In this document: positions 61,165-64,000 of the stretch, piece by piece
How the letters are laid out: each line of letters starts with the position of its first letter
Position numbering within the stretch: the first letter of the stretch is position 1
Origin: Takakia lepidozioides
Lineage: Eukaryota > Plantae > Bryophyta
Direction: 5' to 3'
Length of the DNA: 64,000 bases
NCBI GenBank assembly: GCA_030704615.1
Contig: CM060734.1
Span: 33,418,001-33,482,000 of the forward strand
Notes under the pieces: model-generated
The model's database searches: none
Told to the model about the DNA's origin: nothing
Seen by the model: the letters and a program-made list of their open reading frames with translations, nothing else
Translations under genes and position numbers: made by a program

Positions 61165-63925
61165 CTTTATACATCATGGTCTTGGTTCACGTCCACTATT
61201 TTGATCCTCGGCATTGCTTCTCACTTTAGAGTGCTCACGTGGTGAACATGCAGCATTCCCATCTGCTCAACCAAGGCTCGAATAACTCTACCAAGTGGAT
61301 CTCGAAGGCTAGGCTGTGTTGATGCTATGTAAAACTGGTCGTCTCATCGTGAGTCACATATCATTCGCGGGGCCAACGTTTTGGAAGTTGAGTTGGGTAG
61401 ACTGTTTTCCAAAATTCAAATGACCACTGAGTATTTATAGGATCGACACAAAATCCCACAACTGGTTAGGTTGCACTGGGGTACTTAGTTTCATTCCCGA
61501 TTGCTCCGGCTACTTCACATTGACACATTGACACCAGTCAGGTAATCAGCCACATTCCTAGTTTGGTTGCCGTGATATGCTATTATGTAGACTCCATTTT
61601 GAGAAAGTAGTGAGCGAATACGTGAAAGTGTACATATCAGTGTCGAGATCCAACACCTGTCGATGAGTGCCGTAAACAAGTCGCTATCTCCTTTTAGAAA
61701 GTGTGAGCCGACAAATTGAGGCCGTCTTTTGGGTCACGATGGTGATCGTTGGTGCCCCAGCGTCCAGTATCTTATTGACATCTTTAGGAAAACTTGGGTT
61801 GGCTAGCAGTATAACGGCTTGCGATGCACCGATGACACAAAAGTCAAGGTTTTTAGTATTAATTAACGTCCAGCGAGAGTTGAAGGCACATGTTGAAGGA
61901 TGGAACCCAGGATCACCCTGATCATGCAGGCAAAGCAAAGAATAGAAAGTGATGAGCCCGAAAGAAAGATGGGAACTTTAAACGTCCCAAATTGAATCAA
62001 CAGCCCAGCTACAGCGATGCGACTAAAAGGAACAAGAAAAGTATCGTAAAGGAAAGCAAGATTCACGTCTTGGCAGCGATTAAGATGTCTCTCACTGAGG
62101 GAGAGGCCCGCTCAATCACTCACTGGACTCGGGTGTCGATTGTGAAAGTAAATAAGGAGTGACACGATGCAAACTCGCAGGCTTACTTAGCCGAATCCAG
62201 AAGGCTAAGTTGGAAAGTGACAATTCTTCCATCCAATTTGAGCTCTTCGTCAGTTCAGTATGATCTGGGGACATCCAGCTTAGTTGGCACCTCTATCATT
62301 ACAAAGCTGTGAACTTGCAGTTTGACCCACGCGTAATGTGGTCCGATTTAATGCTTAAAATGCAGCAGCAATGTAGTTGATTTATGCGTGAAGGATGCTC
62401 CCTTAGAACTACATTGAGTACTTTTGATGTCACGAAAGGGAATTACACCTAGCCGGTTTTGCAACCGTCAGACAGCGCCCTGAATTTCGTAGCCTCCTAG
62501 TGTAGTCCTGTGAATCACAACCGCACTTCAATTTGAACTTTTCGAACTTCCCTGGGCCCTCCATAGCGGAGCTCGCAGTCCTGAGTGTTCTCAACTGTTG
62601 TGTGGCAAATCGACGACTTCAAAGCATACACGCAGTATACGGCTCTGGAGAACGAGGACCTTGCGTACCTTGCTCGAAGCAAACTAGTGCCAAATTTGCA
62701 TAGCCTTGTCCATCGAAGCTAGACTTGCGTATTACAATCCAACCCATCATGAGCACCGACTGAAACCCAACATATTTCTCATGTTCAAATCCATAATTGT
62801 CGGCTTGCTGTTTTGTCTACAGCCGAATTCGAGAATCTCGTACCAACGATCCTGAAGCAGCCCGCCACATGCGGCACACATCTTTAGCATGATCTCATAA
62901 AAAAGGCTGCTTTACGCTATTTTAAATTTCGGACTTGTACGTTCTCCTGTGATCATGATGCCCGGAAGGGATTATTCAATCTATATTCAAAGTTTGTGAT
63001 GTCCGTGAAGAATGATCCCATACCGAGAGGAATTGATCTATTTGAAGGGAGGGTTCGTACTTAAAGGCTGATGCAGTACAGTCTTTCTCACATGCTTCGA
63101 TGGCCCCGACCAAATCCCAGTGGAGGCATCTCGTTAGGAATCCCGCCACCGATTTTCATGCTCACAACTCCACAGTCCCTTGCGATTCAATCACGGATCA
63201 TGCAAATATGGCGCACGTGAAGCTCAAGTGATTGGGCTCCCAAGGTGCCCCGCTTTCCGGAGCAGTTATGGGAAACGGAACCCACATGAAGGTAATTTTG
63301 GATGAGCTCTCTTGCATGCGTGAGACTAATCGCATTTTGTTATTCCTTTTTAGGGCACTTTCCCAAAAATAAACGAAGCGCTAACTAGGGCACGCGTGAT
63401 TGGCGTGCACAATCTGAGGTCATCGCAGAAGCGGACGAGCAATTGGATTCATCGTGCGGCCCCGGATGCTTCATTCATGCCCTAACGGTGCGGGGTTCAA
63501 ACCCCACCGAAGTAACCAGGGTCAAGAGGGAGTAGATGGATGGTGGTGGCCCAGGGCACAACAGCATCTGATTGTATGAAGAAGGCCCGGCTCTGCGTTT
63601 GTGTCAACACTCTCTCGCGCGCTGCACATTGCTGTAGCTAGCTGCTGGGGGGCTGATCGCCACGGATTTGTAAGCGGAAGCTATGGATCTATCGCGAGCA
63701 TTTCTCAAGGATGTGAAGCGAGTCGTCGTCAAGGTAGCATCCCTGTTTCTTTCTAGCAGGAGCTGAATCTGATTTGGGGACACGTTGTTGGTTCTGCGAA
63801 AATGGGGGAAGGTTAGGCAGAGGGGCGGAAAGAAGTGGATTATACTTGACCTTTTGTGACGTTTTGTGCTGGGTGGAAGGAGTAAACGCAAATTTGATAT
63901 TTTCGTTTTGGTGCAGGAATAAGTC

Positions 63926-63959
<34 letters not shown>

Positions 63960-63976
63960 AAGAGGGAGAGAGAGAG
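63926..63976 (+). repeat. (GT)n(GA)n compound microsatellite
   Basis: Directly visible. Confidence 0.95.
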
Positions 63977-64000
63977 GTATGTGGACAATTGGAGGGGCAG

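Noticed and set aside
61200-64000. Short ORFs in the last 3 kb as host exons
   Set aside because: No recognisable domain or splice pattern; left unannotated.

Overview
This is eukaryotic DNA, very probably from a land plant: it holds a PLS-type PPR fragment and plant-type CACTA, MULE, Helitron and Gypsy elements. A non-seed plant is my inference. The window is almost entirely a nest of decayed transposable elements, and I recognise no intact host gene. The outstanding object is a Ty3/Gypsy retrotransposon (body ~5499-29697, +). Its pol carries a Dnmt3-like C5 cytosine methyltransferase between protease and RT, and a PHD finger after the integrase. Its termini are not ordinary LTRs: the 3' end reads PPT-A1-gc-B2-at-A2, and a second B copy lies inverted at 13-339. 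The outer ends of B1 and A2 carry a matching 4-bp TSD (AATC) that re-joins two halves of a Helitron helicase in frame. This reconstructs a split-repeat element B1-internal-A1-B2-A2 with a candidate self-priming PBS, later broken by an inversion. The window also contains two full-length copies of a second Gypsy family with extra ORFs up- and downstream of gag-pol (13849-27447 +, 32657-45793 -), a truncated L1-like LINE, a tRNA-type SINE, a SWIM/MULE-like transposase, the 3' half of a CACTA carrying an amplified PPR fragment, a third Gypsy interrupted by a non-autonomous MULE, a hAT fragment, and several short-motif arrays. All alignments were done by eye; no database searches were run.
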